A DNA stretch of 64,000 bases from the human T2T-CHM13v2.0 reference genome, Homo sapiens. Positions within the stretch are counted from its first letter, which is position 1. Each line of letters opens with the position of its first letter. The stretch lies in the NCBI RefSeq assembly GCF_009914755.1, contig NC_060926.1; one strand, written 5' to 3'. Positions 41,231 through 55,450 of this stretch are shown here, piece after piece. The notes under the pieces were generated by a model. It saw only the letters and a list, made by a program, of their open reading frames with translations. It was not told the origin of the DNA and did no database searches. The translations under genes were made by a program, and so were the position numbers.

Positions 41231-42519
41231 CAACTATAGTTTATTTTAAGATGATGTCCTTCCAACTTTGGGAGGAGTTAAAAGTGCTTTGTTTGATGTG
41301 ATAATGGTAGAAAATATGGTAGTTTTATATTTTGTATTGCTTGTTGAGTGTCTTTATTTGCCAGTATGAACTTGACAAGTCCTTATTGGCCCCCAAGCCT
41401 GAGGAGTGGCTATTACTGGTCCAAGAAGTCCCAAAATCTGGTAATGACAGCCATGGACTATATTCCCAAAATAGCATTTCACAAAGTAATAGAGGTAAGT
41501 GTCATACTTGCAGATGGGACCTTGGCAGGAGTACCCTTATCCTATTAGGGTGCTGAAGATGCCAAGGCCTCCCCAATATTCCCAGTACAGTAAGCTTCCT
41601 GAATGCCACCAGAATGGGTCTCAAGGATATCTGCATGAATCAACTTCAGGTGTGCAAGCTTGCAGATATATACTGGTTAAAACCCCATTGTTCTACTATC
41701 TGAGTGCAGAGGTTTTCAAAGCAATGTTATGTGTAAACTGTCTGTGATGTAAACAAGTTTCACTTAAGGCTTGACAATCTTTCTGATATTAAACACCCCA
41801 ACTTGATGCTGGTCCATGGTGGAATTAGTTACAAAATGTATTCTCCCACATAATCTAATGAGTTGGTCTGCCATCTGGAAATATTTAGTAGTGTCCAACT
41901 GAATATAGAAGAATGATTGATGGAGGTGATTTACCCTTGATCAAGTTCATACTGAGTCACTCTTACAGTCACTCTTAGTCAAATAAGACTAAGTATTATT
42001 TGATGCTACTTCTAGTTTCTCCTGGTAAAAGCAGGCATCAGTACCTCAGAGGACACTTACTTCCCCATCCACGGTGGATCGACATTATTTCACCTTGGAT
42101 TTTAGAATTTTTTGGTTTACAAATTACCTACCTACTGATATTTTTCTCAAAGGCAAATACCATGACTTCGACGAACAGTCTCATATTTTTAAAAAATGAA
42201 TGCTTTGTACCAGGAATCATCCTTGGTAATGGGAATACAAAGATATTGCAGGAAAACTATCATTTAATAGGCAGGCACTCTGCTTTATATGGGCACACAC
42301 ACACACACACACACACACACATTGCAAGGGAGGTATTATTTTCCTTTTGTATATATATACATATATAGCTCCAAATTACCGAAAACTAGGAAGTAGAGTA
42401 GATCTATTTCTAGATAGATACCAGCCCTTTCTGATTTCAAAGCAACACTATGTTGTTCTAATAAGGCATAGTATCTTTCCTCAAAGAGTTCGAAGTCTAG
42501 TGCATTTGGCATACTTTTT

Positions 42520-42980
42520 GGGCCCTGAGCACCTCTGTCTGTTTTTTCTATGTTTAGAGAATTTCCTACCTATGAGTCCAAGACAGAAGACAGAAACGCA
42601 CTTTCCCAGCCTTCCTTACATATGACTTAGGCTCCTTCAATCAGGACTTTTATTTGGAAGGGAATGGAAAAAAAAATGCACCATGTGAATTCCATTTCAC
42701 TAAGGGCAGTGGCAGAGCCATCCGGGTTTCAGAGGCAGCAGGGGCAGAGGTTTTGAGATGGCATTCAGTGCCCAGGAGCGTGGGACCAAGATCTGGTGCT
42801 TGTGCTCCGTGCTGCAGCAGCTGTCTCCCCTGGAGTCATCTTAGATATAGATCCTAATGTCTAACCCAGATTTTCTGACTTACCTGGAAATTCTCTGGGC
42901 CTTCTAATAACTTTTAGTAAATTTTTTTTTCTGCTTAACTAGTTAAATTTAGTTCTATTGTTGTCAACTAAAGGTCGTGA
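42520..42980 (+). mobile_element. Ancient ERVL/MaLR-type LTR
   Basis: cactttcccagccttcctt...agtaaatttttttctgcttaactag...ttctattgttgtcaactaaag is a typical old LTR 3' end. Confidence 0.45.
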
Positions 42981-43949
42981 CTTTATTTCCCTCACAATGG
43001 CTTCAATATAATAGACATTTCATAAATCTACTTTGTTGGTTGACAAATGAAAAAAATGATTTAACAGAATAAATTAATAGAAGATAAACTTTCTAGGCTC
43101 TTATACATCCTTGTCACCCTCTGTTTTTTGAATATATCTCAATTTATCAACATCCTTCCAAAATATGTCATCCAGAACTAAAAACAATGTTGCAATGTGG
43201 CCTGATTAGTATTGAAGAGTATAGGGTGATCACCTTTCTTGGTTTAAGCTGTATATCTCTATTCATGCAGTCTGAAATGACATAAGCATAAGCTCTCTTA
43301 GTAGCTGTATCACATGATTAAGAAAGAAAGCCTGAGAACTTATAGGATTTAGTAATCAATATTCAGTATGAGCCTAAATATGTGAGGTGGTTACTAGAAG
43401 AGTCAATTCAGCTTTAGATGGCGCCAATAACAGGGGAAAAGAGAACTAACCAAAAGCAGAATGGGCTGAGTTCCAAACTCATAAGTTCCTAGTCATGAAA
43501 GAACAAAGACTGCATGGCCTCCAGCCAAGGATGCCTGAAAAGGAATTTCTGCTTTGAATAAGAGGATGTGCAGGATAATAAAGCCCATGGTTCTGTGATT
43601 CTGTCTTCCAAGACAACACAGAATCACAGACTATGAATTACCTGAATGTGGGGCTTACAAATGTCAGTTGTGGAGGTTCTTGAGGTCAAGGCACTTGTAA
43701 CTCAAATACCTTGATTATGCATTACAGAAATATTCAGATGAAGTTTATCCCTATAAGGCAATTTAAATATTTAATCCTGGCTGAAGTTGGGAAAATTTCA
43801 AAATCCAACAAAGAGAAACTGCTATGAAATGTACCCCATTCATCAAATATTTGTTAAAAGGGAGGGAAGAGCTTTGTGCCCTATTGGTGTTTTCAATGGG
43901 GTGAGGAAGCTGACAATAAATAAAAACATGAAACATAAGTAAATTATAG

Positions 43950-46020
43950 AGTATGTCAGAAGCTATGAAAAAGAAAATGCAGGACAGAATAAAAAGAATC
44001 CAGAAGGCAGGTGAGTTTGCAATTTTACATGAGTGATCAGCCTAGTTCTCATTGAGAAGATGATTTTTGGGCAGACTGGAGGGAATTGAAGAAGCCAGCC
44101 ATGGGGCTGTCTGGGAAAAGAGCTTTCCTGGCAGAGAGAAGAGCTAGAACAAAGGCCTGAGGCAAGAGTGGGCCTAGTGTATTCCAGGGACAGCAGGGAG
44201 CCAGTGTATCTGGAGCCCAGTAAACAGAGGAGAGAGAATTAAGGAGAGGAGGTCAGAGAAGGGTCAGATCATGTAGGGCCTTGCAGGTCATTGTAAGGAC
44301 ATTGATTTAATCCTGAAGAGGTGACAGGGTCAAGCAGGAGACTTGTGTGGGGGCTGTTGCTACACTCCAGGTAAACAGTGATGGTGGCTGTGATCAAGCT
44401 GGTAGTAATGGTGGCGGTGAGAGGTTGTGAGATTGTGAATATATTTAAAAGGAAAGCTAACAGGACTTTGTTGTGGGAAGTCAAGGACCCCGAACGGAGG
44501 GACCAGCTGGAGCCGCGGCAGAGGAACATAAATTGTGAAGATTTCATTTTAATATGGACATATATCAGTTCCCAATTAATACTTTTATAATTTCTTATGC
44601 CTGTCTTTACTTCAGTCTCTGAACATAAATTGTGAAGATTTCATTTTAATATGGACATCTATCAGTTCCCAAAATTAATACTTTTATAATTTCTTATGCC
44701 TGTCTTACTTTAATCTCTTAATCCTGTTATCTTCCTAAGCTGAGGATGTACGTCACCTTAGGACCACTATTGTGTTAACCATACAAATTGATTGTAAAAC
44801 ATGTGTGTTCGAACAATATGAAATCAGTGCACCTTGAAAAAGAACAGAATAACAGTGATTTTAGGGAAGAAGGGAAGACAACCATAAGGTCTGACTGCCT
44901 GCGGGGTCAGGCAGAATAGAGCCATATTTTTCTTCTTGCAGAGAGCCTATAAACAGACATGCAAGTAGGAGAGATATCACTAAATTCTTTTCCTAGCAAG
45001 GAATATTAAGACCCTAGGAAAAGAATTGCATTCCTCGGGGGAGGTCTATAAATGGCCACTCTGGGAGTGTCTGTCTTATGCGATTGAGATAAGGACTGAA
45101 ATACGCCCTGGTCTCCTGCAGTACCCTCAGGCTTACTAGGATTGGGAAACCCCAGCCCTGGTAAATTTGAGGTCACACACGTTCTCTGCTCTCGAACCCT
45201 GTTTTCTGTTGTTTAAGATGTTTATCAAGACAATATGTGCACCGCTGAACATAGACCCCTATCAGGAGTTTCTGGTTTTGCCCTGGTCCTGTTTCCTCAG
45301 GAGCATGTGATCTTTGTTCTCCTTTTTGCCCCTTGAAGCATGTGATCTTTGTGACCTACTCCCTGTTCGTACACCACCCCCCGCTTTTGAAATCCCTAAT
45401 AAAAACTTGCTGGCTTTGCAGCTCAAGTAGGCATCACAGACCTACCGATATGTGATGTCACCCCCAGAGGCCCAGCTGTAAAATTCCTCTCTTTGTACTC
45501 TTTCTCTTTATTTCTCAGCCGGCCGACACTTATGGAAAATAGAAAGAACCTATATTGAAATATTGGGGGTGGGTTCCCCCAATAGGACTTTCCTGACAGA
45601 TTAAATGCCATTGTGTTAAAGAAAAAAAATAAAGGGCAAATCCAAGGCTTTAGGCCTAAGCCACTGGAAAGCTGGAGTTGCCAACAGGTGGGAGGAACAG
45701 TTCAGGGAAGAAGAGGAGGTTGTCTGGGGCCATGTGAAGCATGCCAGGCATGTGGAGGAGTTGAATCGGCAGTGGAACCTACTGGTTTGGAGATGTAGGA
45801 AAGGTCTAGGCTACAGACAGAAATTGTAGTGTGGTCAGCATTTGGATGCATTTAGTGTCATGATGCTGGATGAGGAAGGAGAGTAGATTTGGGAAAAGGA
45901 GGATGAAGGGAAGAACCCTGGATCGTCTTGGGCATAAAGGCTTGGAGAGAAGAGAATCAGCAAAATACATTAAAAAAGAACAAGAATGAGGCAGCAGAAA
46001 AACAAGCAAGTGTGGTGTCA
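43950..46020 (-). mobile_element. L2 fragment, host of the MER11A LTR
   Basis: Purine-rich L2-like text (gatcatgtagggccttgcaggtcattgtaaggac) on both sides of the LTR; boundaries approximate. Confidence 0.65.
44469..45584 (+). mobile_element. MER11A-like solo LTR (HML-8/HERV-K11)
   Basis: tgttgtgggaagtcaaggacccc...ggttcccccaata, 1116 bp; internal ~95-bp tandem repeat; 6-bp TSD ggactt (44463-44468 / 45585-45590). Confidence 0.92.
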
Positions 46021-46457
46021 TTAATGTTTAAATATCTAATTTTGAAGACCTCAGAAGGCTACTAAAACACCTCATTCATTTTGTTTGCAATTAAGAAAGA
46101 AAATTATATTATAGCTCTTGCCAGGAAGAAGGAACAGGAGGAAGGGAGAGATGGAGAGAAAGGGACTGTAATGAAAGAGAATCAAAGAAAAAGTGGGAGA
46201 AGGAGAAAAGGAGAAAGTGTAGCATAACAGCCCTTTATCCTTAAAGATTTTAAATCACACAAAAAAATTTAAATGTAAGACTTAATCCTACTCTGAAACT
46301 CATCTGAACTATTTTTAAGTCCTCTGTAACATTTGATTATATCCTGCTTTTTTTCTCCCTGAGAAAGAGGGAGGAAGGGAAGGAAGGAATTACGCTAGAT
46401 GCTTCCACATAGTTATTTTGTTTAATTATGACAACCTTGAAATATATAAGTCATTAG

Positions 46458-46631
<174 letters not shown>

Positions 46632-49404
46632 TGAAAAGTAACTTTTTCAAGCTGCAATATTAGTAAAAAATAGAAACTAGAACAACTCATTGCCTCCACA
46701 CAATCAACTAGAAACAAATTAAAGTTGTAAAGATTTTATTTTTTCCTTACCTTTTCCTTAAGGGTAGATTCCTAGGATTGCTCAGTTCAAAGTTGACACT
46801 GAGTCTCCCCTGATTCCCTCAACCTGTGTTATTTTGTGTTTACATGGGATTATGCTTGTTAATGGATAGTGAATAAATTATAGTTATCTCTTTAATTAAT
46901 CATTGCTCTGCACTATTTATTACATGGCTAATGGAATATTTTTGTAATTATTTCCCCATATGTGAAGGTAACACTTTAAGCCTTTTTAAATGTCACCAAA
47001 GAAGCTACTTCTAGATTCTTTGGGACAGTTGTACTAGCAGATCATGGTGTTTTCTAAAAATAAGCTTTCCCTCAGAACAAAACTCAATCAGAAATGTCAT
47101 ACTTGAACAAGATTATGAAAAAGTGTGTTAAGAGATGTCAAATCATCATGACATATAAACCATGCTGGTCAGCGAATTAATGCTCAGTTTATACATTCTT
47201 TCTAGGACATTCTAGGATACAAAAAGAGAGGTGGTGTGATACTGGGGAGAAAATGCAGACCTTGCTTTAGAACCTGGCTCTATTATTTCCCAGCAATACT
47301 GAATTTGCAGGATTCCAAATCACCTCCCTTCATTGCACCCTTCATTCATTGTTCCTGTCTCCGACTCAATATGCCAGTCCTAGACATGCTCATTCAGAAG
47401 ACACATTGTCATACCTATCCCCACACAGCCCCATGTCTCCTCCACCTGCCTACCCACCCCTGTTCTCTGCATGGCCAAATGCAAAGACCTCAGGCCTTGC
47501 TGTTCTCTTTAAAGAATCACACCCATCCCCAAACTTGCTGAGCTATTGCCCAAATCTCTCTTAATTACTTTTGATGTAGTCCCCTAGAATTTATCCTTCT
47601 CCACTCACTTTGAAAAGATGGGTGGAAGGTAGAAATAAAGCAAAATGTACCCAATTCATAAATGTCCACTTTTCCATGGTAAGCATTTCAGACACAAATT
47701 AATGTATTTAACTTCACTCTCAGGGATCCTTGAAGTGGCATTCTTTGGGGTGATAGAAAACAAAAATCTTATATACTAATCAATTTAAATGTATCCAGAA
47801 CTGCTTTGATTCTGCATTACAAATCAAGGCCACTAATGGTGTTCAATAAATATATTTGCTGAATAGATTGAGTTGGTCATGCATTCTTGTGGTCGTACCA
47901 CAAGCCTTAATTAAATATGTCTGTAATAACTATATAAAAGCTTAAATGTTGCTTTATTTCATCAGGACCTCTGAAAGTTAATAAATACAATTAATCAAAG
48001 TTAGATCACTACTTGGCACTTTCTGATGACAAACGTAATATTTTCATAAACTTTACCACTTTCAAAGCATCTTATGCCACTGGATTCTCCATAACCCTGT
48101 GAGCGTCACTATGCCCAATTTTTAGTTGAGGAACATTAGGCTCAAAGTCGTAATTTGCCCAACATTACACAGCCAGGGAATGGTGGAGCCACCATCAGAA
48201 CTCAGATATTCTGGATCCCAATTCCCTTCGAAGTTTAGGGCTTTTCCTTATTAATATCATCTGCCACGTTCACCCACCACAGTCCGTAACATAAACCCAG
48301 AAGATGTGAAATAACCTCACGAAAGCTGCCTTCAAACACTGCTCTATTATTTTTAATGAGTGGTACAGACAAGTGCCATGAATTTGGAAGAGAAAATAAC
48401 TGTTACCTGTGAGTTATAATGGTCTTAAAGGCAGATCATTTTAGGAATAGGTTTGGCTTTTTCTGCTTCATTTTACAAGTCTATTAAGAACATGAGAGTT
48501 TGGAAAAAATTTGAATGAACATCCTTAACTTCTGCCAATATTTGTTATCCTGTTCCATCATTTTTTATCAATTTCCCAACTTTTACAATTTGGAAAGATC
48601 TAGAAATCAAAAAAGATTACATAAACCCTAAAGTGTGTGTCTTGAATAATTGACTAGACATAGATGAAAAATAGCCATAAACCCACTTTGAGACCTTGTG
48701 TTAGGCACAGCCTCCTTTCCCCTGTTAACTGAGGATAATAGTATTTGTGAGGAGTCGCTGTGAGAGCGTAAAGCAACAACTAGCCTGGGAGAGTTCTGCC
48801 AGTGTCAGGTTCCTTTCTCCTGCTCCTCTGCTCGCTCTCCCACAGTGTGTCTTCTTTTCTGACTCTATGTCTTTGAATGCACTGTTTTTTCACATATTTA
48901 ATACACAATCATTCAATCAACATTTTTGAGTGCACTCTTCTAGCTGAGGAGCTCCATGTCTGGGATTCAGCTGTAGGTCTCAAGGGTTCATGGGAAATAA
49001 ACATTTAGCACAGTAACCACAACATGCTACAAACTCTGTGCAGTGGAATACCCTGGAAGCGGCATGAGCATGGAAGAATTTGTATCACACTGGCAAAGCA
49101 GATGGGGAAGGGCTTCCTGGAAGAAGTGCTGCTTGGACTGATCCTTAAAGTTAGCCAGGAATGAACTTGAACTCAGGAGAAGGAACAGATGTAAGGTGCA
49201 GGAAGTAGCAGCAGGGCAAATGTGCCTCTTCACTTATCCTTCTCTTATCTACTATTTTCAACATTCTTCTTAATACCGTCTATGGCAGAGGCTGTTAGCT
49301 GCCTACCAAATATCCACTCTCCCCCTTTCTCTGGAATTCACGGAACAGCTAGAAGCATTTACTAGTCTCCCTTGCATTCAAGTATAGGGCTTGAAGAAAG
49401 AGAA

Positions 49405-49775
49405 TATCGTCGCTCCTTTGTATCTGTGGATTCAACTAACTGCAAATCAAAAATATTTGTTTTTAAAAATGAATGGTTGTGTCTATACTGAACATGTACA
49501 GACTTTTTTTTGTCATTCTTCCCTAAACAATACAACTATTAACATAGCACTTACATTATACTAATTGTATTACTATGTATTCTAATAGTATTAGATATTA
49601 TAAATAATCTAAAGATGATTTAAAATATGAGAGGATATGCAAAGGTTATATGCAAATACTATGCACTGTTATATAAGGCACTTGAGCATTAGTGAATTTT
49701 GGTATCCATGGGTTGGGGATGTGTGTGTGGGGGGGTCCTGGAACCGATCCCCTACAGTACCAAGGGAAGACTGTG
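49405..49775. mobile_element. MER2 (Tigger-derived) element, inside an old MLT1-like LTR (~49280-50045)
   Basis: ggattcaactaactgcaaatcaaaaatatt...gcaaatactatgc...cttgagcat...ggtcctggaaccgatcccc...agggaagactgt. Confidence 0.75.
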
Positions 49776-51534
49776 TGTCATTCTTTACTCATTTGTTCCT
49801 CCTGGGGCCTGGAAGTTAGGTGTGAGAGCAAGAGCTCTAGCGATCATCCTGGACTATGAAGAGGGAACACAGGAATGAACACAGGAAAAAATGGAGCTGT
49901 GAGCTGGAAAAAGTGTGAGTCTCTGACTTCATGAAGCCAGCTTATCTCAGCAATTTCTTTCATGTAAGAAACACTTGTTGGGTCATAATTATTTTGTGCT
50001 TTTTTTTTTCTATTGTATGCAGCTAAACCTAATCATAAATGTTCCACCTTCTAAGACCATTCTAGCTTATAAGCAATAATTGTTTAATTCATAGCATGTG
50101 TTTGTACCACCCATTAAACAAATACATTTCTGTCTGAAGACAACTTTTGTGTGATTATTTCATTTTTCCTGGATTTATATTTTGCCTTTCTAACAAGTTA
50201 TAAGCTTCCTGAGGAGAAAGCACAAAGTCGTACATTCTTTGTCACCGCAATTTCTAGCAAATTGTCCGGCATAGAGTACATGTTTAATAAATGTTTACTG
50301 TCTGATTACAGCATGATTGTCCTTTAGAAAGAATGTGGGGAATTTAAAGTCTTTATTTGAGACTCTTCACAAAGGGAAATAACAGTGTAAAGAAACATAT
50401 GTCCTCTAGACACACACACACACGACAAAACTCAACCCATGAAGTGATCGCTCTGAGATGCTATGACTTTACTTGAGAAATTCCTACTTTGCTTTCTTGA
50501 AAATAGAAGTCACTAGCACAGAGACACCTTCTAGGCACACCAATTCATGTGTGTGTAGAGCCTCCCACTGATGAAGTTTGACCCCTAAAACACAATCTCA
50601 TGAATGTGGAAGCTGCTTGTGCTAAAAGTCATTATTTCACAAATGCTTTTCTTCTTTGTCTTTAGTCTAAATGCAGAGTTCATTTACATTTGCATAAATA
50701 ACGTTTCACCCTGTGTTGAGCCTCTAGCTGTTTTTAAAAACCTTCAGCACCCTGAAGCTGTCTGCCTTTCTGCAAACACTCGGTTTTCACAAATTATCAT
50801 TAAAACATATCTACATGGTTCATGGGCTGTTAAAAAAGGTAAGGGAAACCGAGGAAGAAAGAGAAGTTACATCTGTATGTCAATCAAATGCAGAAAAATG
50901 GAAAAAAAAATAAACAGGAAAAACATTTACAATATCAAAAGAAAACAAAATCACTTTTTAATTTACTTTTTCTTTGCCAGTTCTGAAGCGAAGCACTTGC
51001 TCTTTCCTTATTAACATTAGTCTTTTGAGCAGTTTTTTCCATTGTAAGTACTTTCTAAAAAATCATTTTCACACATTTCTCAGATACATCAATCCTTTCA
51101 GCATTCCTCCATGCACACATTATGGTACCCCAGCTCTAAATATAAAAGACTTTTATTATGTCCATTAACCATGGACATATGTGCTCCAAAAGTTTCCTGA
51201 CACGCAGTCATTTGTGGTTTTTTAATTATAAACAGAAAATATTCACTAGAAAAATAAAACAGCAGCCTATAAATATATCTTTATACATTTGAGTTTTGTT
51301 TGTATATGACAAAAGATTGGATAAAGGAAGTGAGCATGCATGTGTTTATATACACACAGAGACACACATACATTCACATGTGCTATTAAATCCATGCACT
51401 GTACAGGACTCATATATCTGTAATTGCAGGTACCACTGTCTTGTTTCTAAAATAAGGGTACAAATTTTCCTAAGACTCACCAGGTCTCTCTCTGCATGAA
51501 AAATTAAGTGGGAAAGCAGATAATGCCCAGTAAA

Positions 51535-51575
51535 ATAACTGACAAACAAAGTCATATTTATTGAATGCGTTTATT
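51535..51575 (-). terminator. SATB2: SATB2 distal polyadenylation site
   Basis: Two minus-strand AATAAA (plus-strand TTTATT at 51570-51575 and 51557-51562) followed by a GU/U-rich downstream element (gactttgtttgtcagttatttt). Confidence 0.8.
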
Positions 51576-54264
51576 TTAACAACCAAAAAATTCTAACAGC
51601 CTAACAATGCACATAAGTTAAAAATTAATTATCACTTAGTGATAACAAAGATAGTTGATTTACATGGAAAAAAGAACATTTACAATATGTTAATCCTTAT
51701 TCACATTGTTGATACCGCAATAAAACACAATTTGTTTTTTTCATTTCACAAAAAAAAAAAAAAAGGCGGGAAATTGTGCTTTGTCAAGAGGCACTACAAG
51801 AGAAAGTTTCTTCTTCCAAATAGATATTATATGACAGATATTGAATAAATAGACATATATGCATTGTAATTCGCAAAGATCTGGCAAGACCACAGGCTAA
51901 AATGCCCACAGATTCACTTAGAACCACTGCAAACTTGGCAGTGAAATTAAAAAATAAAAGGCAAGACTTAGCATTGAAAAATACCTAATAAATTTTTGGT
52001 TGAAGTGTAAAAGATACCAAATGCGGATGCCATCGATAGATGAACCACCTTGTAAGAGCTTGGCAAAATCAGTTTCCATTACGTGTACAGAGTGACCTTC
52101 AGCAACAGTGTAAGAAGACAATTTGGAAAGAGTAACTCGGAGATCAGGAAGCAGCAACCATGGACTTTCTGATTAAAGCTGCAGCATACTACAGAAATAG
52201 GAAGGATGGGGCCAGGGCTAACTGCAAACAACCATCCTTTTGCAAAGGTATATGACGCTTATGTCAAGATAATTTTTAAACATCATTATTTGAAAAAGTA
52301 CAGGAAAATGTCCCTTTAAAAACTCCAGAGGTTACTGAGCAGCTAGAATTAGCTTGTATTGCAACATGTCTTCTCCCTGTATATTGTAAGTTCTGAGTTA
52401 ATATCTACACATAGAGGTTTTTTTTTTAACTCCTACCTTTTATACCTTTCAAATATATAAATAGTATTAACAGTTATATTACAATGTTTGTGTAGTAAAC
52501 AGAAAATAACTTTCAAAGTGATATTGCATGAGGTCTTTGACAAGGTTTTGTGAAAGCACAACTCAAAAAAAAAAAAAAAAATCCAACCATGTGGGACTGT
52601 TTAATGGCCAGTTTAAAGCATGGATTACGTTCACTAGGCCAGTCCTGAATGTGAGGTCTCCTCTTGCAATTACTGTAAGTAGAAGTGGAAAGTAATGCTT
52701 CTGGTGTTTCTCATAGGAAGCCGAAAGAGATCTGGAGTACTATAGTAGATTGCAGCTTTAATGCTCATCCCATTAAACATCCAGTCAGCATTAGTTCTGC
52801 TTTACATAAGGTAATTGCGATGTAGGTAACTGGGATAATGTTTTCTTTTAGGATGAGTAAGTGATTCTACTGAAATCGCTTCACATACTCTATTGCCTGG
52901 AGCTGCACAACGATTCAAAAACAGTTCTTGTTAGGGCTGTCATCCCAGGAAAAGGGACAGGAGAGATCAGGGACTGAAAATGTTTGATTAGGTAGATGGA
53001 ATGTGTACGAAGAAGAGGAAGCCCAAAGTGAAGCAGAAATCAGAAATGTCTTTTGGGAGAGGGAAGGATGGAGATTTATTTGAGAGGGAGCCCCTTTAAC
53101 TGGGCAGCAACTTCTTTTCTAACTTAATATTACACTGAACTATTTTCTAGTAAAAAACAAAAAGACAAAAAAACAGCAACAACAAACAACTTTTAAACGA
53201 GCAGGCTTATTAATTTTCAGATTTGAAGCCACAAGCAGGTAAATAAATTTCACAACAAAATGTGGCTCATACTATGAATTCCATATGTCCAATGTCAAAA
53301 TGTCATTTGATCAAGACTTGCACTAGTGGACAAAGTTTTCTCTGCACTGAATTTCAGTTTTACTTATTTGGAATTCCACAGAAATGCATCTGTTCACTAC
53401 AGTAATGACAAATTGAATAACGGAACGTAGCAAGTCATTTTATTGAGTCATTTTAAGTGTGCATTGTGTCTTTAAGATTTATTTGACTTGTATCATTTTA
53501 ATGTGCCCTGATTGTTTTCACTTCACTTTTTTTTTTTTCGGCAGTGTCGTTTATTTTGTTAAATACATACCTCAAAAATTACCCATTAAGCTGCCAGATA
53601 GGAAGCCATAGAATTAAAAAAAAAAATCAGGGACAAACACAAAAAATAAATAGGAATTCAAAAATAGTCACCCCACCCTGAGAGCAGGCCGCAGTTTATC
53701 AAAAAGCCAAAGCGACTCACTGTGAAGTGGTTTTTTTAATACATAAACAAGTCTTTTCTTTAAGAACTCATTTCACAGTCTATTCTTTCGGATTGCAAAG
53801 TCTCTGTCCCATGCAATTTTAATATATATATGTAAATATAGAGATATATACATATACATATACACACACACTTGTAGCTTCCTTCATTTATTTCATAGTT
53901 CTTTTCATCCTGGAACTTGCCTGATGTAACTTCCGTTAAGTGCAAGGATAATGAAGGCAGAGTCTCCTGTGATTATAATGACTATGATCCAGTCATAGAG
54001 ACGGGATAAAGTGTAACGCTTTAGTGTCTTTGCCAAGGCGATGTCTGATTCGGAAATACTGAACTTATTCAGTCTATAGGTGTATCCTGTGCAACAAAGA
54101 AATGTCCAAAAGGGTAAGAAAAACAAAACAGACATAAAAAGACAAAAATAAAGCCAAAAAAACCCAAAAACAAAAACAAAAAACAAACTAACAAAAAACT
54201 TTTAAAGAAATGAAAGCAGAAAATCCTTGGACCGATGTATTGCTTTGCCTAGTAGAAGTTCACA
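51552..54264 (-). other. SATB2: SATB2 3'UTR (~2.7 kb)
   Basis: AU-rich sequence with no recognisable interspersed repeat, running from the stop codon to tandem AATAAA signals; carries many miRNA seed matches. The exact cleavage site is estimated. Confidence 0.85.
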
Positions 54265-54786
<522 letters not shown>

Positions 54787-55277
54787 TCAGCCCTCTGAAA
54801 TATGTGTTATCTATCTAGCACTGGAGGTAAGCTATAGTCATTTGTAAAGTCAGGTCTTTGGAAAGCTTAAAAGCATTTCTGGACATTTAGTATCTCACCT
54901 ACAAAACAGGAGGTTCATAACAGTAGTATTTGCCATCACTTATATTCTGAGATGCAAAGTCAAGTCATTTATTGCCTAAGGTCATCTCACTTTAGGCAAC
55001 CTGGCTTCAGAGTCTTCTATACCTGTAACCACCAAGATATGCCACCTCTCTGAAGGCTAACGACAAAGAAATTGGGCACAAAGGGGAAAGTATGGACTCT
55101 ATCATCATGGCTTCAAGTTCATATTCTTCCACTTAGCTGAGTAACCCTGGGCAAATCACTTAATATCTTTCAGCCTCTATTTCATCATCCATAAAAGTAG
55201 GATAAGAAACCAACCTCCTAGAGATGTTGTAAGGATTAAATGACATAATTGTTACAAAAAACAGTGCTTGTCTTAAA

Positions 55278-55450
55278 TCAGGGATTGGCAAACTTTGTCA
55301 GGAAAGGGCAAGATAGTAAATATTTGAGGCTCTGGAGGGTCGATCTTTGCCACAACTACTCAATTCTATTCTATTGCAAAAACAAATGAACATGGCTATG
55401 TTCCAATAAGACTAAATTTGGCCCATGAGTCATAGTTTGCCTCATCTCTG
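55278..55450. mobile_element. MER58A DNA transposon
   Basis: cagggattggcaaactt...gatagtaaatattt...caactactcaa...ggcccatgagtcatagtttgcc. Confidence 0.7.

Noticed and set aside
44524-44712. ~95-bp direct repeat
   Set aside because: Internal feature of the MER11 LTR, also seen in the second MER11 copy.
50604-51014. 136-aa plus-strand ORF beyond the SATB2 3' end
   Set aside because: Composition driven by A/T runs (K/F/I-rich); no domain similarity recognised.
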